Positions 9,918 through 18,881 of a stretch of DNA of 64,000 bases are shown piece after piece. Below the pieces are notes generated by a model, which searched no databases, had not been told where the DNA came from, and saw only the letters and a list, made by a program, of their open reading frames with translations. Each line of letters begins with the position of its first letter. The stretch's first letter is position 1. A program made the position numbers and the translations under genes. The DNA lies in the NCBI GenBank assembly GCA_965250155.1, contig OZ252291.1, forward strand, positions 708,583 through 772,582, given 5' to 3'. The stretch is from Gemmatimonadales bacterium (lineage in GTDB: Bacteria; Gemmatimonadota; Gemmatimonadetes; Gemmatimonadales; GWC2-71-9).

Positions 9918-10784
9918 CTATTCTGACTCTAACTCGATTTCGAAGCTGATTGAAACGATATCGGGAGCATACGTAAGAGCGCCGATCGAAATCCGCCGCG
10001 CACCGGCCTCGGCATACTGGCGTGCGGTGTCGGGTGTGATGCCGCCCGAAGCTTCTATGGTGACCTCCGGCCCGCCGCGCCGCGACCACGCGGCGATCGT
10101 TTCCGGCGTTTGATTGTCCGCCAGAATCCAATCAACACCAGCGTCCAGTACTGCATCAAGCTGTTGCTCGTCTTCGACCTCAACACACACCCTCACCCCT
10201 TCCGCCACACCGCGTAACAACTCGGCCAGACCTCGGCCTTCCCGATTCCCCAACAGTTCCCAATGGTTGTCCTTCCAGAGAACCACATCTGCCAACGATG
10301 CCCGGTGATTCTCACCACCACCGACACGCACCGCGTATTTCTCCAGTCCCCTGAGTCCCGGCGTCGTCTTGCGCGTGTCCGTGATGACCGCGCCGGTTCC
10401 TGCCACCGCTTCCACCGCACGACGCGTCATGGTGGCGATGCCGCTGAGTCGCTGGAGGTAGTTCAAAGCGACACGTTCGCCGGAAAGCAGTGCGCCACCA
10501 GGCCCGCGAACCACCGCCACACTGTCTCCCACTGCGACCCTGCCTCCTTCGGCAACCATCGGCTCGACGGATGTTGACCCATCCAGCTCCCGAAACACGG
10601 CTGCCACCAACGGAAGGCCCGCCACCACGAAGCCGCTTTCCGCACGGAATCGCCCTGCCGCAGGCCGTGCGGCACGCTCACCCAGCAAGGCCGTGGTGAC
10701 GTCCTGACGGGCACAGTCTTCTTCCAGTGCCCGCTGAGCGTACTCCTCCCAGTTCGGCTCTCTGATCGCCATCGCTCCACTCAT
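9918..10784 (-). CDS. nadC: nicotinate-nucleotide pyrophosphorylase (quinolinate phosphoribosyltransferase)
   Basis: Motifs ALEEDCARQDVTT, NYLQRLSGIATMT, TDTRKTTPGLR, MLDN-like ILADN and ASGGIT. The start was taken at MSGAMAIREP (10784), giving 288 aa. Confidence 0.85.
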   Translation of the reverse strand: MSGAMAIREPNWEEYAQRALEEDCARQDVTTALLGERAARPAAGRFRAESGFVVAGLPLVAAVFRELDGSTSVEPMVAEGGRVAVGDSVAVVRGPGGALLSGERVALNYLQRLSGIATMTRRAVEAVAGTGAVITDTRKTTPGLRGLEKYAVRVGGGENHRASLADVVLWKDNHWELLGNREGRGLAELLRGVAEGVRVCVEVEDEQQLDAVLDAGVDWILADNQTPETIAAWSRRGGPEVTIEASGGITPDTARQYAEAGARRISIGALTYAPDIVSISFEIELESE

Positions 10785-10833
10785 TTTCCGCCCCCACAAG
10801 ATACGATTCGGAACGTCCGGCCGCCGGTTTAAA

Positions 10834-11820
10834 TTGGCCTCGGATGAAACCAAATCCTTGGCCCGGCCGCGCGGGTTGCCTGCCGAGGGCAGGTTGACGA
10901 TCCTTGGCGCCATGCAAATCATACGATTCCTCGCATTCGTGGCGAGCGGGGCCTCCTACCTGCTCATCGTTCTCGGTGGATGGGTTCGGATCTCCGGTTC
11001 AGGACTCGGCTGTGGTGACGACTGGCCGCTGTGTAACGGTCGGATCATCCCTCAGCTTTCCGATATGGCCACGCTCATCGAGTGGGCGCATCGCCTGGTG
11101 GCCCTTGGTGTGAGTGCCTTGGTTGTAGGCCTTGCCGTCGTGGCGTACACGCAGAGACAAACCCCCGGCGTGAGCGGCCGGGGCGGCCCGCTTCGCCCAG
11201 CGACACTTGCCGCGGCGCTGTTGGTGATTCAGGTGCTCCTCGGAGCAATCACCGTGTGGCTGGAATTGGCTTCATCCGTCGTCGTCCTGCATTTGGGCAC
11301 GGCGATGGCCATGCTGGCCGCGTTGATCGTTGTCGGGCTGCGGGCCGGAGAGCGCCAAGGGAAAAATCCGTGGACCGGCGACCCGGCCACGTGGCGCAGT
11401 GCCGCCGTGGCCCTCGGCCTCGGGGGCCTCGTCGTGCTCATGGGAAGCTTGACCGCCAACCTGGGGGCCGCTGGAGCGTGCCTCGGTTTTCCCCTCTGCA
11501 GCGGTGAGATATTCCCCAATGAATCGAACGGCGGGCTGGCGCACATCCACTGGTTCCATAGGCTCGTGGCCTATGGGCTCACGCTCCACCTGATTGGCAT
11601 CGCGGCTCGGGTCACTCGCCGAAAGACCCCGCCGCCGGTCAAACGAGCAGCGCTCGCTGCGCTCGCCATCACCCTGGTTCAGGTGGCGGTGGCTGCCGGC
11701 ATGATGTGGAGTGTCTTGCAGCCACATTGGCGGGTAACGCACGTGGCCGCGGGAACCGCGGTGTGGACCGCCTTGGTGGCGTTCGCGTGGTTTACCTGGC
11801 CTAGGAAGGCCGCTGCGTAA
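10834..11820 (+). CDS. ctaA: heme A synthase (COX15/CtaA)
   Basis: Motif GSGLGCGDDWPLCNG, a second pair ACLGFPLCSG, multiple TM helices and conserved His residues. The start may instead be the MQIIRF Met at 10912. Confidence 0.8.
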   Translation: MASDETKSLARPRGLPAEGRLTILGAMQIIRFLAFVASGASYLLIVLGGWVRISGSGLGCGDDWPLCNGRIIPQLSDMATLIEWAHRLVALGVSALVVGLAVVAYTQRQTPGVSGRGGPLRPATLAAALLVIQVLLGAITVWLELASSVVVLHLGTAMAMLAALIVVGLRAGERQGKNPWTGDPATWRSAAVALGLGGLVVLMGSLTANLGAAGACLGFPLCSGEIFPNESNGGLAHIHWFHRLVAYGLTLHLIGIAARVTRRKTPPPVKRAALAALAITLVQVAVAAGMMWSVLQPHWRVTHVAAGTAVWTALVAFAWFTWPRKAAA

Positions 11821-13183
11821 TGAGGTCCTGCTGACGCTCCACCGGTGTCGGTTCGGGACCAGTTTCGTGCAGGTAGACGTTGATCTCGCTCCTGATGCCG
11901 AAACGGCCCGTCAAGTAGATGCCTGGCTCGATGGAAAAACCGGTGCCGGGCAGAAGCTCCCGCACATCGTTGGTTTCGAAGTTGTCCAGATTCGGTCCCG
12001 ATCCATGCAGCTCGATATCGATGGAGTGGCCCGTACGATGCACAAAGGCATCGCCGTACCCGTGCTTCGAGATGTGGCCCCTCGCCACGTCGTCCAGATC
12101 GGCCCCCGTCACCGGACGACCCTCGGCGAACCCCCGCTCCAAGTGCTGCAAAGCCACGTCGCGAGCATCGCGAGTGGTGGTCCAGGCGTGCATCACGTCA
12201 TCCGGTGGCGTAGGACCCGCGAAACCCATCCACGTCTGATCCGCGAAGACGGAGTGGAGGGTCTTACCACCCCATAGATCGACGAGAACCACCTCACCTT
12301 CCCTGAGTTCGGCGTCGGATCCGTCGCGAGGCTCATAGTGGGGATTCGCCGCATTCGGACCGAAGGCCACGATCGGCGGATGGTCTGTGGTCAATCCGGC
12401 GTTCTCCATCGCCTGCAACACTTCTCGCTGCACTTCCGCTTCGCGGGCCTCCCCAACCCGTCCCACCACATCCTGAATCGTGCGCCGCCCGATGTCCGCT
12501 ATCGTCTCGGCCGCCGCCCTGTGCCCTTCCAGCTCTGCCACGGACCACCGCGCCGCAAACAACGACACCATAGCGGCCGAGGATACCACCGTCCCGCCCA
12601 ATCGCTCCACCAGAGACACAACACCCGCCGGCACCCGGTCCAAGGAGGGGACGGCATTGTCCGGCGAGGTTTCCATCGCCAATTTCTTCCCGTTCACGAC
12701 TTCCCCGAGCAGTTGGTGAAGTTCCTGCCATGCGGCGTAAGGTCGCACTTCACCCGGGAATCCCTCGATGCCCTGCAGCTCTATGCGGTGCGCCAGCGCC
12801 ACCGGCGCCCCGACCTTCGGGAGCCAGACAAACAGCCGCCTGGTTGTCATCCCTGAATATCCAACGACCCTTTTCGCGATCGGGTTGATGCCGTGAAAAT
12901 CGAACAGCAGCCATCCATCTACGTCGTTGGCGGCGATGGCAGGGCCAACGGCATCCAGATCAATCCCTGAAAACAGCGACGTTTCAAGCCTCTCGTTCTT
13001 GTGTCGTGCTCCACCTGCAGGTCCCGTCTCCCCGGGCTCGGCACGCCATCCGAAAGTAAGCGCCGTCAAACGCAGTGAAGGTACGCAGCAGCTCGGCCAA
13101 TCCCGATCCGTAGAGCCCGCACGGCCCACCCCCGGGGATGGCTTGCGCGCCACACGCATCGACGGCGGAGGCGTTAGATCCAT
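11801..13183 (-). CDS. M24-family Xaa-Pro peptidase; true start uncertain
   Basis: C-terminal pita-bread motifs VLVDLWG, HRTGHSIDIELHG and GFSIEPGIY. The homologous region begins near 12990. The ATG-defined ORF overlaps the upstream gene by about 200 bp. Confidence 0.75.
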   Translation of the reverse strand: MDLTPPPSMRVARKPSPGVGRAGSTDRDWPSCCVPSLRLTALTFGWRAEPGETGPAGGARHKNERLETSLFSGIDLDAVGPAIAANDVDGWLLFDFHGINPIAKRVVGYSGMTTRRLFVWLPKVGAPVALAHRIELQGIEGFPGEVRPYAAWQELHQLLGEVVNGKKLAMETSPDNAVPSLDRVPAGVVSLVERLGGTVVSSAAMVSLFAARWSVAELEGHRAAAETIADIGRRTIQDVVGRVGEAREAEVQREVLQAMENAGLTTDHPPIVAFGPNAANPHYEPRDGSDAELREGEVVLVDLWGGKTLHSVFADQTWMGFAGPTPPDDVMHAWTTTRDARDVALQHLERGFAEGRPVTGADLDDVARGHISKHGYGDAFVHRTGHSIDIELHGSGPNLDNFETNDVRELLPGTGFSIEPGIYLTGRFGIRSEINVYLHETGPEPTPVERQQDLITQRPS

Positions 13184-13586
13184 CGTGAGCTATTGTGATG
13201 TCGAAGACGCACGCCGCCGCCCGACGCACCAACCGCCGGCCTATCCGATCTCGCAAATCTCGGGTTAGCGCCCTGTGTAGCATGCGTAGCGGCAGCGCCG
13301 TCCGCTCTGCCGCGTGTCGGCCCGCACGACGCCCGGCGTCGCCAAAGACAAGATCGGCGTCAGACCTTCGCGACACCAGAGTGAACAGCCCAGCGAGTTC
13401 CTCCGCGCTAACAGCGCCATTGCGCCGCACCATCGCCGAATATCGGTCGATCTGAGCAGCAACGCTGGCGGTCCGCCCCAGCTTTACGGCTCCCTGGCCA
13501 GGATGATCCTCGTCGCGAGGATCCCCCTTCGCCAAATCGGAGGCGCGCACAGCTTCTAGTACCGACAGGGCGATGATTGGGTGCAT
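12984..13586 (-). CDS. V4R-like (4-vinyl reductase type) small-molecule-binding domain protein
   Basis: The C-terminal pattern GGPCGLYGSGLAELL...MACRARGDGTCRW resembles the V4R Cys motif. The start was taken at MHPIIALSV. Confidence 0.45.
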   Translation of the reverse strand: MHPIIALSVLEAVRASDLAKGDPRDEDHPGQGAVKLGRTASVAAQIDRYSAMVRRNGAVSAEELAGLFTLVSRRSDADLVFGDAGRRAGRHAAERTALPLRMLHRALTRDLRDRIGRRLVRRAAACVFDITIAHDGSNASAVDACGAQAIPGGGPCGLYGSGLAELLRTFTAFDGAYFRMACRARGDGTCRWSTTQEREA

Positions 13587-13715
13587 TGAGTTTACGGAGT
13601 TGTCGTGGTTCCGTGCGGACTCGGACCGGGGTAAAGCTAATCGCTGAACGCCGAGTGTTAAGGGCGGATTACGCCATTGCGCGAGCCGGTGAGGTAGGCG
13701 ATTGTACACCTGGTT

Positions 13716-14309
13716 GTGCCCGAAACGGTAAAGGTTGCCCCCATGGGATTGTCTCCGGACGAAAAGCGAGAGGCGTTCGAGAAAGAGGCGATACCGTATC
13801 TGGACACGGTGTACCGGGTAGCGCTTCGTCTAGCCGGCGACTCGACACAGGCCGACGATCTGACCCAGGAAACCATGCTCAAGACCTACAAGGCATGGCA
13901 CCAATACAAGCGGGGAACGAACGTCCGAGCGTGGCTCCTGACGATCCTGCGCCACACGTTCATTAACGAATACCGTCGCGAAAAGAGCCGCGGGACCACC
14001 GTCGACATCACCGAGTTCGAGCAATTCACGGTTTTCCACGACGTCCAGGAAGTTGATCCGGAAGGCCGATTCTTCGACAAGATCGTCGATGAGGAAGTGG
14101 TTCGGGCCATCGATCAACTACCCGAGGGGTTCCGCGAGTGTCTCGTACTGAGCGACATTGCCGATCTCAGCTACGCGGAGATCGCCGATGTCATGAAGGT
14201 TCCCGTGGGTACGGTGAAGTCGTGTCTCTTCCGCGCCCGCCAGGCGCTGCAGCGTGTGCTGTACGACTACGCAGTGGAGGCCGGATACATAAAGCGGAGC
14301 GTGCGATGA
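13716..14309 (+). CDS. ECF-type RNA polymerase sigma-70 factor
   Basis: Region 2 (YRVALRLAGDSTQADDLTQETMLKTYKAW) and region 4 (YAEIADVMKVPVGTVKSCLFRARQAL). GTG start, with an alternative ATG at 13743. Confidence 0.85.
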   Translation: MPETVKVAPMGLSPDEKREAFEKEAIPYLDTVYRVALRLAGDSTQADDLTQETMLKTYKAWHQYKRGTNVRAWLLTILRHTFINEYRREKSRGTTVDITEFEQFTVFHDVQEVDPEGRFFDKIVDEEVVRAIDQLPEGFRECLVLSDIADLSYAEIADVMKVPVGTVKSCLFRARQALQRVLYDYAVEAGYIKRSVR

Positions 14310-14569
14310 CATCTGAGCCCATGCAAATCGATTGTAAAGAAGCGGCGAAACGCCTTCATGAACTAATAGACGGCGAACTCACACCGGAAGTCGAAGAAAC
14401 GATAGAGCACCACCTGAGAGATTGTGCCCGGTGCATGGCCGTGTACGAATTCGAGGAAGCGTTCTGTCGCTTTGTGAAGATCAAGGCCAAAGGTCAAACC
14501 ACGCCCGGAGACTTGAAGGAGCGGATCTTGAAGGAACTCGGCCTCTCCGGGAATTCCTGCAACGAATGA
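14306..14569 (+). CDS. zinc-binding anti-sigma factor (ZAS, RsrA-like, soluble)
   Basis: 87 aa with an ATGA overlap to the sigma gene. It has Cys10 plus H36-x3-C40-x2-C43 (HHLRDCARC) and no TM segment. Confidence 0.75.
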   Translation: MTSEPMQIDCKEAAKRLHELIDGELTPEVEETIEHHLRDCARCMAVYEFEEAFCRFVKIKAKGQTTPGDLKERILKELGLSGNSCNE

Positions 14570-15351
14570 CCCCCGTGGCAGCCTTCGGGGCTGCCGGCAT
14601 CGTCGCCGTCGCGGCAGGAAGTCTCGGATGGCTCACCCGGGGAGGCGTGGCGGCAGCCTTCTTCGTAGGGGGAGCAGTCCTGACGGGGAGCGGTGTCCAG
14701 GGCGGTATGCTGCTCGGCCTTTTTTTTGTATCAGGCAGCATCCTCACCAGACGATCGCAACGCTCAGGCTTTGTGACGGATGATGCAAAGGACGGGGGCA
14801 GCAAACGCGACGCCGCGCAAGTGGCCGCGAACGGCTTCTGGGCGGCTGCAGGCGCCCTGGCGATCCCCTATGCACCAGTGTTCTGGGGTGGTCGGCCTTG
14901 ACCGGCGCGCTGGCGGCGGCCCAGGCCGATACGTGGGCCACCGAGATCGGCGCCCTGGCAGCTCGGCCACCGCGTCTCATCACCACCAGCGAACGCGTGC
15001 CCCGGGGGACCATCTGGAGGGGTGACCCCACTGGGCACCGGCGGAGGGGTGGCGGGAGCCCTCCTGATGTCATTCATCGGCGCCGCGGGTCAAGTGCCGT
15101 TGCCGGCCGCGGTGTCGGGCCTGTTGGGCGGCATTCTCGGCATGCTGGTCGATTCGCTGCTCGGCGCGACAGTTCAAGTCAAGAAGCCGCTCCCCAGCGA
15201 CTCCGCGATCCCCCGCCAAGCGCGAGTTGCTTCGCAGAGAGCGTGGGATAGAGGGTGGGCCTGGTGTACGAACGATGCGGTCAACTTCGCGTGTACGGGT
15301 ACCGGCGCGGCCGTAGCAGCAGGTCTTGCCTGGGCGTGGTCTCTGACATGA
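14566..15351 (+). pseudogene. DUF92/TMEM19-family membrane protein, disrupted by two compensating frameshifts
   Basis: Homology runs in frame 1 (14566-~14890) and then frame 0 (AAQADTWATEIGALAARPPRLITTSERVPRGT). It returns to frame 1 from 15013 (SGGVTPLGTGGGVAGALL...DSLLGATVQ). Frame 1 has a TGA at 14899-14901. Confidence 0.6.
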
Positions 15352-15394
15352 CGACACCCCTGCCCACTCGCCGACCGGAGCACCACAGTGAGGT

Positions 15395-15913
15395 GTGGTG
15401 GTGACCCCTCCCGCAGATTCCCAGTTGTTCCGGTCGCTGCTGGGTTGTTTTGCCACGGGCGTGACGGTGGCTACCACACTGGACACCGCCGGACGCGCAT
15501 ATGGGATGACGGCCAGTGCGGTCGCCGCCGTTTCCCTCGAGCCACCGCTGCTATTGATCTGCGTGGATAGAGACGCGAAGTTCCACGCCGCAGTCGGCGC
15601 CGGGCTGGGGTTTGCGCTCAACGTTTTGGCATCCGACCAGGAATACCTGTCCCAGATCTTCGCCAGCAGCGCGGCCGATCCCTTTTCCGAGGTCGAGTTC
15701 CACAGAGCGAGTGGCGGGTTTCCGCTCCTGGACGGGGTTGTCGCACATATCATCTGCGCGGCGTGGGGATCCCACGAAGCCGGAGACCATACCATTTTCT
15801 TCGGAACGGTGATCGAAGGAGAGATGTTCGACCGGCCGCCACTGCTGCACTATAAGAGCCAGTACACGACGATACGGTCGGACGGTCGGACGGTCGGACA
15901 GCCGGAAAGTTGA
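15395..15913 (+). CDS. flavin reductase family protein (FMN-binding split barrel)
   Basis: Motifs LFRSLLGCFATGVTVATT, MTASAVAAVSLEPPLLLICV and GDHTIFFGTV. Confidence 0.8.
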   Translation: MVVTPPADSQLFRSLLGCFATGVTVATTLDTAGRAYGMTASAVAAVSLEPPLLLICVDRDAKFHAAVGAGLGFALNVLASDQEYLSQIFASSAADPFSEVEFHRASGGFPLLDGVVAHIICAAWGSHEAGDHTIFFGTVIEGEMFDRPPLLHYKSQYTTIRSDGRTVGQPES

Positions 15914-15983
15914 TTTGTTACGTACCTGAGACTGACTGCCCAACTTTGGTTCGTCGCTAATCAGTCACAACGGGAGAGTATTT

Positions 15984-16664
15984 ATGGGTGCGAAGCTCCG
16001 ACCTCTTACGGCAGAGTTCATCGGGACGTTCGGCCTCGTTTTCATCGGTGCGGGATCGATTGTCGTGAACGAAGCCAGGTCGGGCGCTCTCGGGTTGCTC
16101 GGCGTCGCTCTCGCCCACGCCATCGTCCTATCGGTCATGGTGACGGCACTCATGCGCATTTCCGGTGCCCACTTCAACCCGGCGGTGACATTCGGGCTTT
16201 GGTTGGGCAATAAGATCGAGGCCAAGGACGCCGGTTTCTACGTGTTGACGCAGCTGGTGGCCGCGGTGGTGGCCGCCTTGCTGGTGAAGACGCTCCTCCC
16301 ATCCGTGGCCGGCGAAATCACCGGGTATGGCGTACCACGAATTGCGGGTGATGTAGATCTGATTCAGGCCATCCTGCTCGAGGCCATCCTCACCTTCTTC
16401 TTGGTGTCCGCGGTGTTCGGGACGGCGGTCTCACCCGAGGCGCCGAGCGGCATCGGTGGGTTCGGCATAGGTCTCGTGTTGTTGTTTGACATCCTGGTCG
16501 GCGGCCCGCTCACGGGTGCGGCCATGAATCCCGCGCGCGCGTTCGGGCCTGCCGCGATCGCAAACGATTGGGTAGGCCAAAGCGCCTATTGGATCGGCCC
16601 GCTGCTCGGTGGGGCAGTGGCTGCGTTGGTGTGGGGAAAGGTGTTGCTGCCGAAAGACGGGTAG
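15984..16664 (+). CDS. aqpZ: MIP-family aquaporin
   Basis: Two NPA boxes (HFNPAVTF and MNPARAF) and six TM helices. Confidence 0.9.
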   Translation: MGAKLRPLTAEFIGTFGLVFIGAGSIVVNEARSGALGLLGVALAHAIVLSVMVTALMRISGAHFNPAVTFGLWLGNKIEAKDAGFYVLTQLVAAVVAALLVKTLLPSVAGEITGYGVPRIAGDVDLIQAILLEAILTFFLVSAVFGTAVSPEAPSGIGGFGIGLVLLFDILVGGPLTGAAMNPARAFGPAAIANDWVGQSAYWIGPLLGGAVAALVWGKVLLPKDG

Positions 16665-16689
16665 GGGCCCGGCATGCTCGGCCCCTACC
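16660..16689. terminator. GC-rich hairpin between convergent aqpZ and ccmD
   Basis: GGTAGGGGCC (16660-16669) pairs perfectly with GGCCCCTACC (16680-16689) across a 10-nt loop. The arms contain the aqpZ TAG and the ccmD stop. Confidence 0.5.
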
Positions 16690-16792
16690 GTAGCTTGCGG
16701 ACCCTCCAAGCCAACAACGCGGCGTAGGCCAACACCACCACCGCCACTACGACATACGCCGCCATCAGGTAGCCACTATTTTCAGGAGTCAC
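16685..16792 (-). CDS. ccmD: heme exporter protein CcmD (small ORF absent from the ORF track)
   Basis: Hand translation gives (GTG)TPENSGYLMAAYVVVAVVVLAYAALLAWRVRKLR*, a single TM helix followed by a basic tail. The start overlaps the ccmC stop. Confidence 0.55.
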   Translation of the reverse strand: MTPENSGYLMAAYVVVAVVVLAYAALLAWRVRKLR

Positions 16793-17483
16793 GTAACATC
16801 TCCTCTTCTCGCATTTCCTGTAGGGCCGCCACCGCGTAACGCTGGGTCAAAAAACCTACATACAAGAGGATGAACACCCCCATCGACGACAGCAAGGTCA
16901 CCAACATCACCCCGGGCATCGACGGGGCACTTGGCTTGATGAGTGTGGGATCCGGGTGCAGAGTGCGAAACAGATACACCGTCAAGTGAATGAACGGCAC
17001 GAGCACCAAACCCATGATGCCGATGACCGCAGAGAATCGCGCGCGTTGATCCGGATCGATCACGGAGTCGCGCATGATCAAATATCCGACGAACAACAAA
17101 AAGATGAACAGGGTAGACGTGAGTCGCGCGTCCCACGTCCACCAAGTGCCCCACACGGGCTTTCCCCATATGGGGCCCGTGATCAACATGGCAACCGAAA
17201 GCGCCACGCCTACCTCCGCCGATGCCGCTGCGGCCCGATCGAGACGTCGATCCCTCATCGCCAGATAGATGAGGCTGAGCACTCCGCAAACGGCAAATGC
17301 CATGAGAGACGTGAACGCGACTGGAGCGTGAATGTACAGGATCTTCTGGGCCGGCCCCTGCAACCGATCGACCGGAGTGAACGCCAGGGCCCGCACAAAG
17401 ACACCGGCAAGCGCAAGCAGCGAAATAACCGTGACGATTTGCCCGGTGCGAGCCATGCCGAGGGCTCTCTCGCGACGCGTCAT
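16782..17483 (-). CDS. ccmC: heme exporter protein CcmC
   Basis: WWD motif WGKPVWGTWWTWDARLTS plus conserved His residues in the flanking loops. Confidence 0.9.
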   Translation of the reverse strand: MTRRERALGMARTGQIVTVISLLALAGVFVRALAFTPVDRLQGPAQKILYIHAPVAFTSLMAFAVCGVLSLIYLAMRDRRLDRAAAASAEVGVALSVAMLITGPIWGKPVWGTWWTWDARLTSTLFIFLLFVGYLIMRDSVIDPDQRARFSAVIGIMGLVLVPFIHLTVYLFRTLHPDPTLIKPSAPSMPGVMLVTLLSSMGVFILLYVGFLTQRYAVAALQEMREEEMLRDS

Positions 17484-18160
17484 TCGTCTAACGTGGCCTC
17501 AAAAAGGAGTACAGTAAGGACGCAAAAAACGATATCGAACCCGGCAAGCAACTTAAGCCAGCCCATCATCTCACTCAAGGGACGCCCCGCCAATATCCGC
17601 GCAGTCACCTGTACGGCGCACACCACAGGCGGGATGAGGAACGGAAGCAACAGCACGGGTAGCATCAACTCCGCAAATCGTGTCCGCACTACCATCGCGC
17701 TGAGCAACGTCCCAACCGCAACGAACGCCACGGTCGCCATCGCGGTCACGACTATCAACTGGGGCAAGCGCGCGGCCAAGGACACGTTGTAGAACAGGAT
17801 GAACAGAGGAATGCTGATCGCCTCGACGAGCGCCACGAACAGCAGATTCCCCCCCATCTTGCCCACGAAGATGGCCGTGCGCGAGATGGGAGTGAGTAAC
17901 ATGCCGTCCATGGCGCCGTTTTCACGTTCCAGCAAGAAGGCACGGTTGAGACCTACCATCGCCGCAAACGTGAAGGTGACCCATAGAGCACCCGGGGCCA
18001 CGTCCAACGAACTCACCGCCGTGGGATCGCGGGCGAAGAAAAGGATCGACAGAACCAGTATCGCGAACACCATGGCCGACAAGAAGGCCGTCTTGGTTCG
18101 CCATTCGACCATCGCGTCTTTGGCGATGATCGCCCAAACCACTCTCGCATAATCACCCAC
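17480..18160 (-). CDS. ccmB: heme exporter permease CcmB
   Basis: Six-TM protein between ccmA and ccmC. The GTG at 18160 overlaps the ccmA stop (GTGGGTGA), giving 226 aa. The longer ATG ORF would overlap ccmA. Confidence 0.8.
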   Translation of the reverse strand: MGDYARVVWAIIAKDAMVEWRTKTAFLSAMVFAILVLSILFFARDPTAVSSLDVAPGALWVTFTFAAMVGLNRAFLLERENGAMDGMLLTPISRTAIFVGKMGGNLLFVALVEAISIPLFILFYNVSLAARLPQLIVVTAMATVAFVAVGTLLSAMVVRTRFAELMLPVLLLPFLIPPVVCAVQVTARILAGRPLSEMMGWLKLLAGFDIVFCVLTVLLFEATLDE

Positions 18161-18827
18161 TGGCAAGGAGACTCCGGTATTTGTGCGAGACGACCTCCGG
18201 TGCACGCCCGTCGAAGGGCTCCGGACCTTCGAGCAACCCTCCCACGAGGTATCCCACGCTGGTCGCGACGGCCGCAATCCGCTCGAACTGATGGGTGACC
18301 ACCGCAATCGCCCGCCCGCGTTCGGCTAGCTCATCAATCACCTGCAAGACCACTTCGGCTCCGGGCTCATCGAGACTGTTCAGGGGCTCGTCCAGCAGCA
18401 GGATGCCCGGATCGTGAACGAGCGCCCTGGCAATCGCCAAGCGTTGAATCATGCCGCGGCTGAAGGCGGCAGTCCGCATCTCGCCCCACTTGGACAGTCC
18501 GAGCCGGTCGAGCAGTCGGTCAATTCGGTCTGTCTCGGAGACGCCCCACAACCGCGCCGCAAAGGCAAGATTCTCCCGCGCCGTCAATGCATCGTACCCC
18601 ATGGAGTGGTGGGCCACGAGCCCGATCATGCCGTTACGCCGCACACTTCCTGTGGTGGGTTTCAACAGGCCAGCCAGGACCCGCAGCAGCGTCGTCTTGC
18701 CCGCACCGTTCGGGCCCACCAAGGCCAACACTTCTCCCGGCTCCAGGGTGAGGGTGACATTGCTGAAGATCTGGCGGTACCCGAACCGCCGGGAAACGTC
18801 CTGAGCGGCGAGAAGCGGCGCGCTCAC
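18153..18827 (-). CDS. ccmA: heme ABC exporter ATP-binding protein CcmA
   Basis: Walker A GPNGAGKTT, signature FSRGMIQR and Walker B ILLLDEP. Confidence 0.85.
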   Translation of the reverse strand: MSAPLLAAQDVSRRFGYRQIFSNVTLTLEPGEVLALVGPNGAGKTTLLRVLAGLLKPTTGSVRRNGMIGLVAHHSMGYDALTARENLAFAARLWGVSETDRIDRLLDRLGLSKWGEMRTAAFSRGMIQRLAIARALVHDPGILLLDEPLNSLDEPGAEVVLQVIDELAERGRAIAVVTHQFERIAAVATSVGYLVGGLLEGPEPFDGRAPEVVSHKYRSLLASG

Positions 18828-18881
18828 TAGCTGGACCTACTCAAAAGCTGCTGCGACCTCCAGAGTCGGGGGGCGGGGGGG

